Origin: Opitutales bacterium
Lineage (GTDB): Bacteria; Verrucomicrobiota; Verrucomicrobiia; Opitutales; JBHJGM01
Assembly: GCA_050331815.1 (NCBI GenBank)
Contig: JBHJGM010000003.1
Coordinates: 231,855-295,854, forward strand
Reading direction: 5' to 3'
Length of the DNA stretch: 64,000 bases
Of the stretch, positions 45,606 to 55,696 are shown in pieces. The first letter of the stretch is position 1, and the number at the start of each line of letters is the position of its first letter. The notes under the pieces are model-generated. The model saw only the letters and a list, made by a program, of their open reading frames with translations. It was not told where the DNA came from and searched no databases. The position numbers and the translations under genes are program-made.

Positions 45606-46055
45606 ATGGCTTCATTCAACAAAGTAATCTTGATGGGCAACCTGACCCGTGATCCTGAAATGGTCATGGCCGGGAGCGGAAACCCCATCTGCAAGCTGGG
45701 GCTTGCGGTCAGCCGGCGGTTTTCCACCCGCGACGGCGAGCAGCGCGAGGAAACCACGTTTGTCGATGTCGACGCCTTTGGGCGGCAGGCCGAAACGCTC
45801 AACCGCTACATGTCCAAGGGGCGGCCCATCCTGATCGAAGGGCGTCTCAAGCTCGACGAGTGGGAAGACAAATCCAGCGGGCAGAAGCGGACCAAGCTCA
45901 AGGTGGTCTGCGAGAATTTTCAGTTCGTGGGCAGCCGCGAGGAGAATTCCAACGGCGATGGCGGTTACGAGCGCTCTTCGCCCCCGCGCCGCGCGACGAC
46001 CGGCAATGCCCGCGAGCCGGTGGGCTCGGTCGAAGACGACGACGTGCCTTTTTAA
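45606..46055 (+). CDS. ssb: Single-stranded DNA-binding protein
   Basis: MASFNKVILMGNLTRDPE.., an OB fold, a Gly-rich linker and the acidic tip DDDVPF. Confidence 0.92.
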   Translation: MASFNKVILMGNLTRDPEMVMAGSGNPICKLGLAVSRRFSTRDGEQREETTFVDVDAFGRQAETLNRYMSKGRPILIEGRLKLDEWEDKSSGQKRTKLKVVCENFQFVGSREENSNGDGGYERSSPPRRATTGNAREPVGSVEDDDVPF

Positions 46056-46097
46056 GCTATTTATCGCGAATCCAACTTTCAGAAACCACCACGACCG

Positions 46098-46622
46098 ATG
46101 GCCACGACCGAAATTTTGCTCCTCAAACCGATCGACGGACTGGGTGCCGAAGGCGACCAGGTAAAAGTCCGCGCCGGCTTTGCCCGCAACTACCTGCTGC
46201 CCCAAAAGATCGCCCTGCCGATCAGCCGGGCCAACCGCAAGCAGATCGAAGCCCTGCGCAAGGCCCGCTCCGAACGCGAGATCCGCGAGAAGTCCGACGC
46301 CGAAGCCGTTGCCGAGCGCCTCAACGCGCTGTCGGTGGCCTTTCCGGTCAAGACGGGCGAGGGCGGCAAGATGTTTGGTTCGGTTACGCAACTGGACCTG
46401 CACCGGCGTTTGGAGGAAGAAGGCTTCAAGCTGGAGCGCAAAAAGATCCACCTGGAAGCCATCAAGGAGCTCGGCCGTCACTCGGCGGAGATCAAGCTCC
46501 ACCCGGAGGTGACCGTGACGCTCAGTTTCGACGTGGTCAGCGAAAACCCGATCGAAGAGACTGCCAGCGAGGAGACCGAAGACGGAGCCGATTCGGAAGA
46601 AAAGGTGGCGTCCAAGGCCTGA
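46098..46622 (+). CDS. rplI: 50S ribosomal protein L9
   Basis: ILLLKPIDGLGAEGDQVKVRAGFARNYLLPQKIALP is canonical L9. Confidence 0.92.
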   Translation: MATTEILLLKPIDGLGAEGDQVKVRAGFARNYLLPQKIALPISRANRKQIEALRKARSEREIREKSDAEAVAERLNALSVAFPVKTGEGGKMFGSVTQLDLHRRLEEEGFKLERKKIHLEAIKELGRHSAEIKLHPEVTVTLSFDVVSENPIEETASEETEDGADSEEKVASKA

Positions 46623-46733
46623 GCGCCGCAGACTTTGCAACGAAGAGGGCCGGGTGGCTGCGCGTTGAGGGACGCGCCGCATTACTCACCTTGTGCGCAA
46701 TCATAAACTCAAGGAGGAGAGGGGAGTATTCAG

Positions 46734-48134
46734 ATGGCTGCCGCCGGTGGCACCGCCACAGCTTTTGCGCCCGCGCAATCGGGTGCGCGCGACCGCGTCG
46801 CACCGTACAGCCTTGATGCCGAGCAGGCCCTGCTGGGCTGTTGCATCTTGGAAGGCGGGCAGGAAAGCGTCACGGCCTGCATCGAGGAAAAGCTCCGCGT
46901 CGAGCATTTCTACAAGCCGGGCCACCAGGTGCTCTTTCAGGCCATTTTGGACCTGTACAACAAGGGTCAGGCCATCGATGAAATCCTGCTGATCGACAAG
47001 CTGCGCGTGCAGGGCCAGCTGGAGGAGGTGGGCGGTCAGGCCTATCTGCTCGAGGTGACCAACCGCATCGAGACCACGGTCAACCTGCTCCATTACCTGC
47101 GGATTGTTCGCGACTCCGCCATCTTGCGGCAATTGATCCGCACCTGTGGCGAAACTGTCGAGCGTGCTTACGAGGATCCGCCGGACATCGGGGAGTTTCT
47201 CGAAGACGTTGAACAGTCCATCTTTGGGCTCAGTGGCGACCGCATTTCGGAGTCAGCGCAGCTGGTGCGCGAAAGCGTCGACCCGGCGATCGCGCTAATT
47301 CACCAGATGCTTCACAACAAGGGCGAGCTGACGGGCATCTCCACGGGCTTTCGCGATTTGGACAAGCTGCTGTTCGGGATGCACCCGGCTGAGATGCTCG
47401 TGGTGGCTGCCCGCCCCTCGATGGGGAAAACCTCCATCGCGCTCAACATGGCCGAGGCGGCGGTCCTGCCGAAGTCAGCCAAGGGCGTGCCCACGCTGCT
47501 CTTCAGCCTGGAAATGCCTTCGCAGCAGCTGGCCATGCGACTGCTCTGCAGTCACGCGCGCGTGGACATGCAGCTCCTCAAAGACGGGCTCTTGCAGGGC
47601 AAGGACAAGGAGCTGATCGATTCGGCCAAGGCCCTTAAAAATGCGCCCTTGTGGATTGACGACAGCTCTTCGCTGACTATTGCCGAGCTGCGGGCGAAAG
47701 CGCGGCGCCTGCATGCAAAAAATCATCTGGGCCTCATCGTTGTCGACTACCTGCAGCTGATTTACGGCACCGACACCCGCGTCCCGCGCGAGCAGCAAAT
47801 TGCCGAGATTTCCCGTGGTCTGAAAGGCATGGCCAAGGAACTCAACGTGCCGGTGGTTGTCCTTGCTCAGCTCAACCGCGAGTCTGAACGCGAAAAGCGC
47901 CAGCCCCGAATGAGTGACTTACGTGAATCCGGCTCCATCGAACAGGATGCCGACGTGGTGCTGCTGCTGTCGAAATGTGCCCGCGCCAACGAGGAGGAAG
48001 AAGAAATAAAGCCCGCCCCGCGCCGCGATTTGATTATTGCCAAGCAACGCAACGGGCCCGTAGGAACCATAACTTTGACCTTCAACAAGCGCTTGACGCG
48101 CTTCGAGAATTACACCGCCCGGGACGATGAGTAA
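46734..48134 (+). CDS. dnaB: Replicative DNA helicase
   Basis: PYSLDAEQALLGC, Walker A ARPSMGKTS, VVDYLQL and ELNVPVVVLAQLNRE are present. Length is normal, so no intein. Confidence 0.95.
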   Translation: MAAAGGTATAFAPAQSGARDRVAPYSLDAEQALLGCCILEGGQESVTACIEEKLRVEHFYKPGHQVLFQAILDLYNKGQAIDEILLIDKLRVQGQLEEVGGQAYLLEVTNRIETTVNLLHYLRIVRDSAILRQLIRTCGETVERAYEDPPDIGEFLEDVEQSIFGLSGDRISESAQLVRESVDPAIALIHQMLHNKGELTGISTGFRDLDKLLFGMHPAEMLVVAARPSMGKTSIALNMAEAAVLPKSAKGVPTLLFSLEMPSQQLAMRLLCSHARVDMQLLKDGLLQGKDKELIDSAKALKNAPLWIDDSSSLTIAELRAKARRLHAKNHLGLIVVDYLQLIYGTDTRVPREQQIAEISRGLKGMAKELNVPVVVLAQLNRESEREKRQPRMSDLRESGSIEQDADVVLLLSKCARANEEEEEIKPAPRRDLIIAKQRNGPVGTITLTFNKRLTRFENYTARDDE

Positions 48135-48221
48135 CCACTCGTTCCCGATGCCCAGCAAGCCCTGCCTCCGCTAGATGAGTGTATTCTAACCGCGCCCCAC
48201 TGACGCGGTTCCCTAATAGCC

Positions 48222-50564
48222 ATGCCGGTAGCCCACCTGCGCCCAACCCACTGGATCGCCTTTTTGCTGGCGCTCCTCGCGTCCCTGCCGCTGGAGCCGC
48301 TTCATGCCCAGCAACCCACTCGCGAGGCGCCCCTTATCGATAACATCCGCGTCGAGTTTCGCGGTCCACGCACGGTGAGCACCGAGGCGGTCATGGCGCA
48401 CATCCGTGTGCGCGTGGGCCTGCCTTACAGCCGCATCCTGGTCGACCAGTCGATTCGCTCGCTCTACGCCACCGGGCTCTTCGAGTACATCAACGTCATT
48501 GAGGACACCGAATACGCCGAGGGGCTGGGGCTGCTCTTCATCGTGGTGCCCAACTACAAAATCGAGACCATCGAGTACGTCGGCAACGATGACATCTCCG
48601 CCCGCCGTCTGCGCAAGGAGGTCGCCTCGCAGGTTGGACGCCCGATGGACGAGGTGCAGGTCAAGCGCGACGCCGCCGCCATTTTTGAGTACTACCAGCG
48701 CAAGGGCTTCTCCGAAGCGACCGTTGATTACCAGATTGAACGCGACCGCCAGACCGGCTTCGCGGTCGTGCGCTTCACCATCAACGAAGGCAAGCGCCTG
48801 AAGCTCGTCGATGTCGATTTTGAAGGCAACGAGGCCTTTGACGAAGGCGATCTGGAGGACGTGCTCGTCACCGCGGAGTACTTCTTCCTGTGGTCCTGGC
48901 TGACGGGTTCGGGGCGTTTCAAGGAAGACGAGTTTGAGGACGACCTCGATCTGCTGCGCGAATTTTACAAGGAAGAGGGCTACCTCGACATTGAGATTCG
49001 CGAGGACGACATCCGCTTTGAGCGCGTGGGCAAAAAGAAGCTCCGGGTCATCATCCCGCTGGAGGAAGGTCGCCAGTACCGGATCGGCCAGATCGCCCTG
49101 GACGGGAACACCCTCTACGAGGACGATCTGCTCTTCCGTGCCGTCACCATTCGCGAGGGGGACATCTTTGTGCCCTCCAGAGTCGATGAGGTCGCCGAAA
49201 ACCTGCGCGATGTCTACGGGCGCGAGGGCTACCTCGATACTTTTGTGCGCGCCGAGCGCATCCCCAACATCGAGACCGGGGCCATCGACCTGGTTTACCG
49301 CATTCGCGAGAGCGAGCAGTTCCTGCTCGAAAGCATCAATCTGATCGGCAACACCAAGACTAAGAGCATCGTCGTGATACGCGAGTTGGCCCTCGAGCCT
49401 GGTCAGCCCTTTGACCTGGTGCGGATGAAAGTTAGCGAGGCGCGCCTGCGCAACACGCGCTACTTCGATGCGGTCAACCTTTCCCCCGAGCCGATCAACA
49501 TTCCCAATCGCCGCAACCTGCGCATTTCCCTGCGCGAAGGCCAGACCGGCAAGGTGACCTTTGGCGCGGGCTTTAGTTCGGTGGAGCGGGTGGTGGCCTT
49601 TGCCGAGCTCACGCAGAGTAACTTCGACCTCTTCAACTACCGCTCCTTCTTTCAGGGCGACGGGCAGAAATTCCGGCTGCGCCTGTCGATTGGTTCGCGC
49701 TCCAACCAGATTTTGCTGACGTTCGAGGAACCCTGGCTCTTCGAGCGCCGTCTGGCCTTTGGGTTCGAGGCCTTCCGAACCGAGACGGATTTCAACAGTG
49801 CGGTCTTCGACGAATTGCGCACGGGCTTTGAAGTCTATTTTCGCAAGCGCCTTTTCGAGCTGGTGGAAGGCCGTCTGAGCTACCGCCTCGAGGAGGTTGA
49901 GATTTTCGACGTTTCGCCGCTCGCGCCGTCGCCGATTCTGGATGAAGAAGGCTCGCGAACGGTTTCCAAGTTCGGCTTTGCGCTGACCCGCGATACGCGC
50001 GACGACCTGATTTTCCCGTCCCGGGGCAGCCGTTTGCAGTTCCTCACCGAGTTGGCGGGCGGCCCGGCCTTGGGCGAAACTGACTACATCCGGCTGGAAG
50101 GCCGCAGCGGATTCTGGTTCCCGACTTTTGATTTTGCCGACCAGGTGCTTCAGGTGGTGGGCCGCATCGGCACGCTCTGGGAGTATTCCGACGAGCCGAC
50201 GCCGTTTTTTGACCGCTTCTTCCTGGGTGGTCCGTTCTCGTTGCGTGGCTTTGATTTCCGCGAGGTCGGGCCGACGGATGCCTTTGGCGAGCCGCTCGGG
50301 GGCAACTCCTTTGCCTTTGGTTCGATTGAGTACATCTTCAAAATTGCTGACCCCGTCCGGCTGGCCTTCTTCTACGACATCGGCTTCGTCAACTCAGGCG
50401 ACTTCGACTGGGACCCCGCCGACTACAACGACAACTGGGGCGTGGGCCTGCGCGTGCTGCTGCTGGGTGCGCCGCTGCGGCTGGATTTGGGCTTCCCGCT
50501 CACGACCTCCGACACAAACGATGATGGCACCCAGTTCCAATTTTCATTCGGCACCGTATTCTAA
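48222..50564 (+). CDS. bamA: Outer membrane protein assembly factor BamA (POTRA repeats + Omp85 barrel)
   Basis: Signal peptide, repeated POTRA-like units (I..I.V.G......I....) and a C-terminal barrel ending in ..FQFSFGTVF. The bamA-skp-lpxD order is conserved. Confidence 0.9.
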   Translation: MPVAHLRPTHWIAFLLALLASLPLEPLHAQQPTREAPLIDNIRVEFRGPRTVSTEAVMAHIRVRVGLPYSRILVDQSIRSLYATGLFEYINVIEDTEYAEGLGLLFIVVPNYKIETIEYVGNDDISARRLRKEVASQVGRPMDEVQVKRDAAAIFEYYQRKGFSEATVDYQIERDRQTGFAVVRFTINEGKRLKLVDVDFEGNEAFDEGDLEDVLVTAEYFFLWSWLTGSGRFKEDEFEDDLDLLREFYKEEGYLDIEIREDDIRFERVGKKKLRVIIPLEEGRQYRIGQIALDGNTLYEDDLLFRAVTIREGDIFVPSRVDEVAENLRDVYGREGYLDTFVRAERIPNIETGAIDLVYRIRESEQFLLESINLIGNTKTKSIVVIRELALEPGQPFDLVRMKVSEARLRNTRYFDAVNLSPEPINIPNRRNLRISLREGQTGKVTFGAGFSSVERVVAFAELTQSNFDLFNYRSFFQGDGQKFRLRLSIGSRSNQILLTFEEPWLFERRLAFGFEAFRTETDFNSAVFDELRTGFEVYFRKRLFELVEGRLSYRLEEVEIFDVSPLAPSPILDEEGSRTVSKFGFALTRDTRDDLIFPSRGSRLQFLTELAGGPALGETDYIRLEGRSGFWFPTFDFADQVLQVVGRIGTLWEYSDEPTPFFDRFFLGGPFSLRGFDFREVGPTDAFGEPLGGNSFAFGSIEYIFKIADPVRLAFFYDIGFVNSGDFDWDPADYNDNWGVGLRVLLLGAPLRLDLGFPLTTSDTNDDGTQFQFSFGTVF

Positions 50565-50642
50565 AGCCGCTGTCTCAAAAATGGGCTTGGCCTTCACGGA
50601 GCCGCCCGCCAAACTCTATCTTTTTAATTCATCCGAACGGAT

Positions 50643-51206
50643 ATGAAACGACTCATTCTGATTGTATCGACACTCTGCGTATTGGGCTCTCTGGCCCAGG
50701 CACAAAACACCGTCCTGACGGTGGACATGGGCGCCGTCTTTGAAGGCATCGACGAAGCCAAGGCCAAACGCAACGAACTGGAGGACGCCCGCCAGAAGCT
50801 CGAGGACGAGGTCCTTGAAATGCAGGCCAGTGGCCAGGAAAAGGTCGATGAATACCAGACGCTCCAGGAGCAGCTGAACAACCCGATGCTCGCGCCTGAG
50901 CGCAAGCTTGAGATTGAGGAGGAAGCCAGCCAGCTCGAGCAGGACATCCTTACCCGCCGTCAGGAACTTCAGGATTTCGTCCAGACCAACCGCGAGGAAC
51001 TCACCCAGCGCGGTCGCCTGCTTCTGGAAACCTACTATAAGAAGATCCAGATTGCGGTGGCCGACATCGCTAAGGAGAAGGGTGCCCTCATCGTGCTCAA
51101 CTCCACTGGGGAGTTCAATGCGGCGGTGATTTACCACACCGACACGGTCGACATCACCAGCACGGTGATCGATACGATCAACCGCGAGACCGCTGCTGCC
51201 AACTAG
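50643..51206 (+). CDS. skp: OmpH/Skp family periplasmic chaperone
   Basis: Signal peptide and a Glu/Gln/Leu-rich coiled-coil body. Positioned between bamA and lpxD. Confidence 0.75.
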   Translation: MKRLILIVSTLCVLGSLAQAQNTVLTVDMGAVFEGIDEAKAKRNELEDARQKLEDEVLEMQASGQEKVDEYQTLQEQLNNPMLAPERKLEIEEEASQLEQDILTRRQELQDFVQTNREELTQRGRLLLETYYKKIQIAVADIAKEKGALIVLNSTGEFNAAVIYHTDTVDITSTVIDTINRETAAAN

Positions 51207-51269
51207 GGCAATTTACCTCTAAGCCGATTTGTCGGCCACAGTCATCCTCGGTTCTGTACCGCCGCGCCC

Positions 51270-52325
51270 ATGCGTTTTGAGTTTTCTCCCGAACTGATCC
51301 GGGAGCGCGTCGAGCCGACGGAGGTCATCGGTGACTTCGCTCAGAGCGTGACGGGTGTTCGAGGGCTGTCGGAAGCCGAACCCGGCGATCTTACCTTTCT
51401 GGGCAACGACAAGTACCGCGCCGATGTCGCTGAAACGCAGGCCTCGGTAGTGCTGCTGCCAGCGGACTGGAAGGGCGACGGTCCCAAGTCCGGCCAGGCT
51501 TTTCTGCTGGTTGAGAATCCTTCACTGGCGCTGGCCAAGGTTTGCGCCTTGATCGAGCAGGCGCTTTGGCCGGAAGTTCAACCGGGCGTTCACCCGACCG
51601 CGGTGGTCGATGCAGAGGCCACGGTCGATCCGACGGCACACATCGGCCCTCTGTGCATCGTTGAGGCGGGCGCGGTCATCGGCCCAGGCGTTTATCTGCA
51701 GGCTGGCGTCTACGTGGGACGTGAGGCCGAGATTGGCGAGGCGAGCCGCTTGCTGGCCAAGGTGGTGCTGCAGGATTACTGCCGCGTCGGTAAGCGTGTG
51801 CGCATTCAGCCCGGGGCGATCATCGGCGGCGACGGCTTCGGCTTCGAGCCGGGTCCGGAAGGCATTTTGCGCATCCCGCAGGTGGGCACGGTGGTCCTGG
51901 AGGACGATGTCGATGTCGGCGCAAACACCACGATCGACCGGGCTCGTTTTGGCGTCACCCGGGTCGGCACCTGCACCAAAATCGACAATTTGGTGATGAT
52001 CGCGCACAACGTGGTCATCGGCAAAGCCTCCTTCATCATCTCACAGGTCGGGATATCGGGCAGTTGCGTGATCGGGGACGGCGTAATCCTGGCGGGCCAG
52101 GTGGGGTTGACGGGCCACTTGAACATCGGCGACGGCGCCCGCATTGGCGCGCAAAGCGGCATCAATTACGACGTCAAGCCCAAGGCCTACGTACGGGGCT
52201 CGCCAGCGCGGCCCTATCATATGGAGATGCGCCTGGAGGTTTTGAAGCAGCGCCTGCCCGATCTCTTCAAAAGGGTTGAAAAACTGGAACGCGTTCTTGA
52301 GAACAAGGATACGGATTCCGCCTGA
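51270..52325 (+). CDS. lpxD: UDP-3-O-acylglucosamine N-acyltransferase
   Basis: Uridine-binding domain DLTFLGNDKY, then left-handed beta-helix hexapeptide repeats (IGPGVYLQAGVYVG.., IGDGVILAGQVGLTGHLNIGDGARIGAQSGI). Confidence 0.92.
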   Translation: MRFEFSPELIRERVEPTEVIGDFAQSVTGVRGLSEAEPGDLTFLGNDKYRADVAETQASVVLLPADWKGDGPKSGQAFLLVENPSLALAKVCALIEQALWPEVQPGVHPTAVVDAEATVDPTAHIGPLCIVEAGAVIGPGVYLQAGVYVGREAEIGEASRLLAKVVLQDYCRVGKRVRIQPGAIIGGDGFGFEPGPEGILRIPQVGTVVLEDDVDVGANTTIDRARFGVTRVGTCTKIDNLVMIAHNVVIGKASFIISQVGISGSCVIGDGVILAGQVGLTGHLNIGDGARIGAQSGINYDVKPKAYVRGSPARPYHMEMRLEVLKQRLPDLFKRVEKLERVLENKDTDSA

Positions 52326-52376
52326 GTTTTCGCCGTCTCCTTTCGGCGCTGCCCAGAGCGGATTCGTGGTCGAGGT

Positions 52377-53324
52377 ATGAGTGGAGAGCTGAAAATTTTC
52401 TCAGGTGGAGCGCACCCCGAACTGGCGCGGGAGATCTGTGCATCGGTCGATCTGGATGTCGGCCAGTGCCAGGTCGAGTGCTTCCCCGATGGCGAGACCT
52501 TCGTCAAAATCAACGAGAACGTACGCGGCATGGATGTGTTCATCATCCAGCCAACTTGCCAGCCGGCCAACCATCACCTGATGGAGCTGTTCATCATGAT
52601 CGATGCGGCGCGGCGGGCCTCGGCGGCGCGCATCACGGCGGTGCTGCCCTTTTACGGCTACGCGCGGCAGGACCGCAAGGACCAGCCACGCGTGCCCATC
52701 ACCTCCAAGCTGGTGGCGAACCTGCTCGTTTCGGCGGGTGCGAACCGCGTCCTTACCATGGACCTGCACGCCCAGCAGATCATGGGCTTTTTCGATATTC
52801 CGGTCGACCATCTCTACGCCTCGCCGGTCTTCTTCAAGCACCTGGAAAGCCGCAAGGCCGAGTGGAACTTGAGCGTGTTTTCGCCGGATGTTGGCGGGAT
52901 GAAAATGGCGGCCGCTTACGCCGACATGTTGGGCGCACCGCTGGGCTTCGTGGGCAAGCGCCGTACCAGCGCCACGACCGTGGAGGCCTTCGATCTGGTT
53001 GGCGAGGTCAAGGACCGCGATGTCCTGCTGGTCGACGACATGACCGAAACCGCCGGCACCCTCACCGCGGCTGCCAAGCTGATCAAGGACAACGGAGCCC
53101 TCAGCGTGCGCGCGTCGGTCAGTCACGGCGTCCTGAACGAGATTGGCTACCAGCGACTGGGCCAGGGCCTACTTGATGAGTTGATCACCACCGACAGCAC
53201 GCCCGTTGACAAGCGCGGGCTGCCGATTACCACACTTAGTGTGGCATCACTGCTGGGTGAGGCGATCGTTCGCATTCACCGCAACCAGAGCGTTTCCGGC
53301 CTGTTCAAGGTGAAGGGCTATTAG
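52377..53324 (+). CDS. prs: Ribose-phosphate pyrophosphokinase
   Basis: LKIFSGGAHPELA, YARQDRK, DLHAQQIMGFFDIPVDHL and VLLVDDMTETAGTL are canonical Prs motifs. Confidence 0.95.
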   Translation: MSGELKIFSGGAHPELAREICASVDLDVGQCQVECFPDGETFVKINENVRGMDVFIIQPTCQPANHHLMELFIMIDAARRASAARITAVLPFYGYARQDRKDQPRVPITSKLVANLLVSAGANRVLTMDLHAQQIMGFFDIPVDHLYASPVFFKHLESRKAEWNLSVFSPDVGGMKMAAAYADMLGAPLGFVGKRRTSATTVEAFDLVGEVKDRDVLLVDDMTETAGTLTAAAKLIKDNGALSVRASVSHGVLNEIGYQRLGQGLLDELITTDSTPVDKRGLPITTLSVASLLGEAIVRIHRNQSVSGLFKVKGY

Positions 53325-53414
53325 GGCGCCTGCGGAACATTTGCAGCGTGGCGAAAGTCAGCTAGTTTACCCGATGACATTAACCACAAAAACCCACTTC
53401 CTGTTTTCAATCCG

Positions 53415-54923
53415 ATGAGAAGCCGAATCTGGTTATTTCTTGCGCTGGCGGTGGCAGCCGGCGCGATCCTCATGGGCTATCGCGAGCACGCGCCTTCGGC
53501 CGTCGCCAATGAGCTGACCCTGCGGATCGACAACACGCCACTGGAACGCTCCGATGGCGAGTACCGCACCAGTTATGCGGACATGCTCGAAAATGTGACG
53601 CCGGCGGTGGTCAGCATCACGACCTCGAACGTGATTCAAATCCCGAACAACCCCGGCTTTAACTCTCCGCTGGAAGACTTTCTGCGCCGCTTTTACGGCA
53701 TGCCCGAAGGTCGCAATTCCCGACCGCAGCAGCAACCGCAGCGGCAGCGGCAGCGGGAGGTGCAAGGAGTTGGCTCCGGGCTAGTGGTGACGCCCGACGG
53801 TTACATCCTGACCAATCACCACGTTATCTCTTTCCGCGATGGCGACCTGGTGGACGAAGTTGTGGTCAAGCTGACCGACGGGCGCGAGTTTGAAGCGGAA
53901 ATTGTCGGTTCGGACCCCGACACCGACGTGGCGGTGCTCAAGGTGGCGATCGACGGTGAGATGCCCTATCTGACCCTGGCCGACAGCGACAACCTCCGCG
54001 TGGGCGACGTTGTTTTCGCGGTGGGCAATCCGTTGCGGGTGGGGCTTACTGTGACCCAGGGAATCATCTCGGGGGTAGGCCGCACCGATTTGGGTATCCT
54101 CGGGCTGAGCGGCTACGAGAATTTCATTCAGACTGACGCCTCGATCAACATGGGCAACTCCGGGGGACCGCTGGTCGATGCTTACGGGCGCGTCATCGGC
54201 ATCAACACCGCGATCCTTTCACGCTCGGGCGGCAACATCGGCATCGGCTTTGCCATCCCGATCAACCTGGCTCGGCGCATCATGGAGGGCATCGTGACGG
54301 GCGAGGGCATCCGGCGCGGTTTCCTGGGCATTCGCATCAGCGATTTGAACCGTGATCTGGCCCGCTCCTTTGGTTTGGAGTCCAGCCGCGGGGCGCTGGT
54401 GACCGAGATTACGGAAGATTCGCCCGCGCAAAAAGCTGGCTTGGAGCATGGCGAGATCATCCTTGAGGTAAACGGACAGGCCGTCGAATCCGCATCCGAT
54501 CTGCGTTTCAAAATTTCGCGAATCCCGCCAGGTTCGGAGGTTGAATTGAAAGTCTTCCGCGATGGCGAGCCCGAGACCATTCGCGTCACGTTGACCGACC
54601 GTGACGGCATGCTGGTGGCCGAAAGCGAAGCCGAGGAGATGGACTCCATTCTCGAAGGCGTCCAGTTGAAAACCTTGAACGCCAGCCTGCGCGAATCGTT
54701 CGGTATCGATGACACCGTCGAAGGCGTGGTCGTCAGTGCGGTCGAAGAGAGTTCACCTTTCGCTCGGGCAATGCGTCCGGGGATGGTGCTGCTGGAGATC
54801 AACGGACAAAGCGTGGAAAACCCGCAGACGGTCGATAAGGCGCTGCGTCGCCCCGGCTACAATCGCCTGTACGTGCTCTTCGAAGGACAGCGCAGTTACT
54901 TCGCTCTGCGACTGCGCGAGTAA
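53415..54923 (+). CDS. htrA: Do/DegP/HtrA family serine protease with two PDZ domains
   Basis: Catalytic-triad context TNHHV, DVAVLK and GNSGGPL. Two PDZ-like segments (GALVTEITEDSPAQKAGL.., GVVVSAVEESSPFARA..). Confidence 0.9.
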   Translation: MRSRIWLFLALAVAAGAILMGYREHAPSAVANELTLRIDNTPLERSDGEYRTSYADMLENVTPAVVSITTSNVIQIPNNPGFNSPLEDFLRRFYGMPEGRNSRPQQQPQRQRQREVQGVGSGLVVTPDGYILTNHHVISFRDGDLVDEVVVKLTDGREFEAEIVGSDPDTDVAVLKVAIDGEMPYLTLADSDNLRVGDVVFAVGNPLRVGLTVTQGIISGVGRTDLGILGLSGYENFIQTDASINMGNSGGPLVDAYGRVIGINTAILSRSGGNIGIGFAIPINLARRIMEGIVTGEGIRRGFLGIRISDLNRDLARSFGLESSRGALVTEITEDSPAQKAGLEHGEIILEVNGQAVESASDLRFKISRIPPGSEVELKVFRDGEPETIRVTLTDRDGMLVAESEAEEMDSILEGVQLKTLNASLRESFGIDDTVEGVVVSAVEESSPFARAMRPGMVLLEINGQSVENPQTVDKALRRPGYNRLYVLFEGQRSYFALRLRE

Positions 54924-54949
54924 CCAGCCGCTCAGCAGCAAATTTTTCC

Positions 54950-54983
54950 AACCGGCCTTCTTTGATGAGGGCCGGTTTTTTGT
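54950..54983 (+). terminator. Rho-independent terminator between the convergent htrA and pyrE genes
   Basis: Stem AACCGGCC / GGCCGGTT with a 12-nt loop, followed by TTTTGT. Confidence 0.8.
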
Positions 54984-54999
54984 CTGGCAGAGATGTGGG

Positions 55000-55602
55000 T
55001 CAGCTTCCCGGCTTGGTAGCCGGCAGCGCGGCCAGTTCCGGGGGCAGCGCTTCGGGGGAATAGGTGGGGAAGTTCATCCGCATCAACGGGTATAGCGGTA
55101 CTTTGCCGAAATTAGTTTCGCCGTTGCTGCGGTCGACCAGCACCGCCACTGCGCGCGCTTCGGCCTCCTGGGCTGAGACGATGTCGAGCGCTTCGCGTAC
55201 ACGCCCACCACGGGTGATCACGTCCTCGACAACGAGTACGCTTTCTCCGTTACCAAGCCGGAAGTTTCTCCGCATTTCCAGAACATCGTTTACCTTTTCC
55301 ACGAAGATGAAGCGTTTGCCGGCTTGCCGCGCCACCTCCTGGCCGATCACCAGCCCGCCCATCGCCGGGGCGAGGACCGTCTCGACCGCTTCAAGCAGTG
55401 GGACGGGAAGCTGCTCGATCAGCAACGTGGCAAGCCGCGTAACCTTGTCCAGGTATTGGCACACTTGCGCGCATTGAAAAAAATGTCCGCTGCGCAAGCC
55501 GGAGCGTAAAATGAAGTGACCCTCCAGGAGCGCGCCGCTTTCACGAAAAATGCGCAGGACTTCTTCATCGTGGGGCGAGGCCGTCATGGGGGAGTGGGTC
55601 AT
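55000..55602 (-). CDS. pyrE: Orotate phosphoribosyltransferase
   Basis: FILRSGLRSGHFFQ and the PRPP-binding loop VLVVEDVITRGGRV. Confidence 0.9.
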   Translation of the reverse strand: MTHSPMTASPHDEEVLRIFRESGALLEGHFILRSGLRSGHFFQCAQVCQYLDKVTRLATLLIEQLPVPLLEAVETVLAPAMGGLVIGQEVARQAGKRFIFVEKVNDVLEMRRNFRLGNGESVLVVEDVITRGGRVREALDIVSAQEAEARAVAVLVDRSNGETNFGKVPLYPLMRMNFPTYSPEALPPELAALPATKPGS

Positions 55603-55696
55603 GTTTCTGCAAAAGCTTAGGCGGGCTACCTCGGGCGAAAAGACTAAACCGCGCGGCGCTTGACTGCGCCAGGGTGGACTCGGAAAATTAGCCGCG

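Noticed and set aside
45612-46816. 356-aa minus-strand ORF and 318-aa plus-strand ORF overlapping ssb and rplI
   Set aside because: Both overlap canonical ssb and rplI reading frames. Their translations are Arg/Pro/Gly-rich with no domain features.
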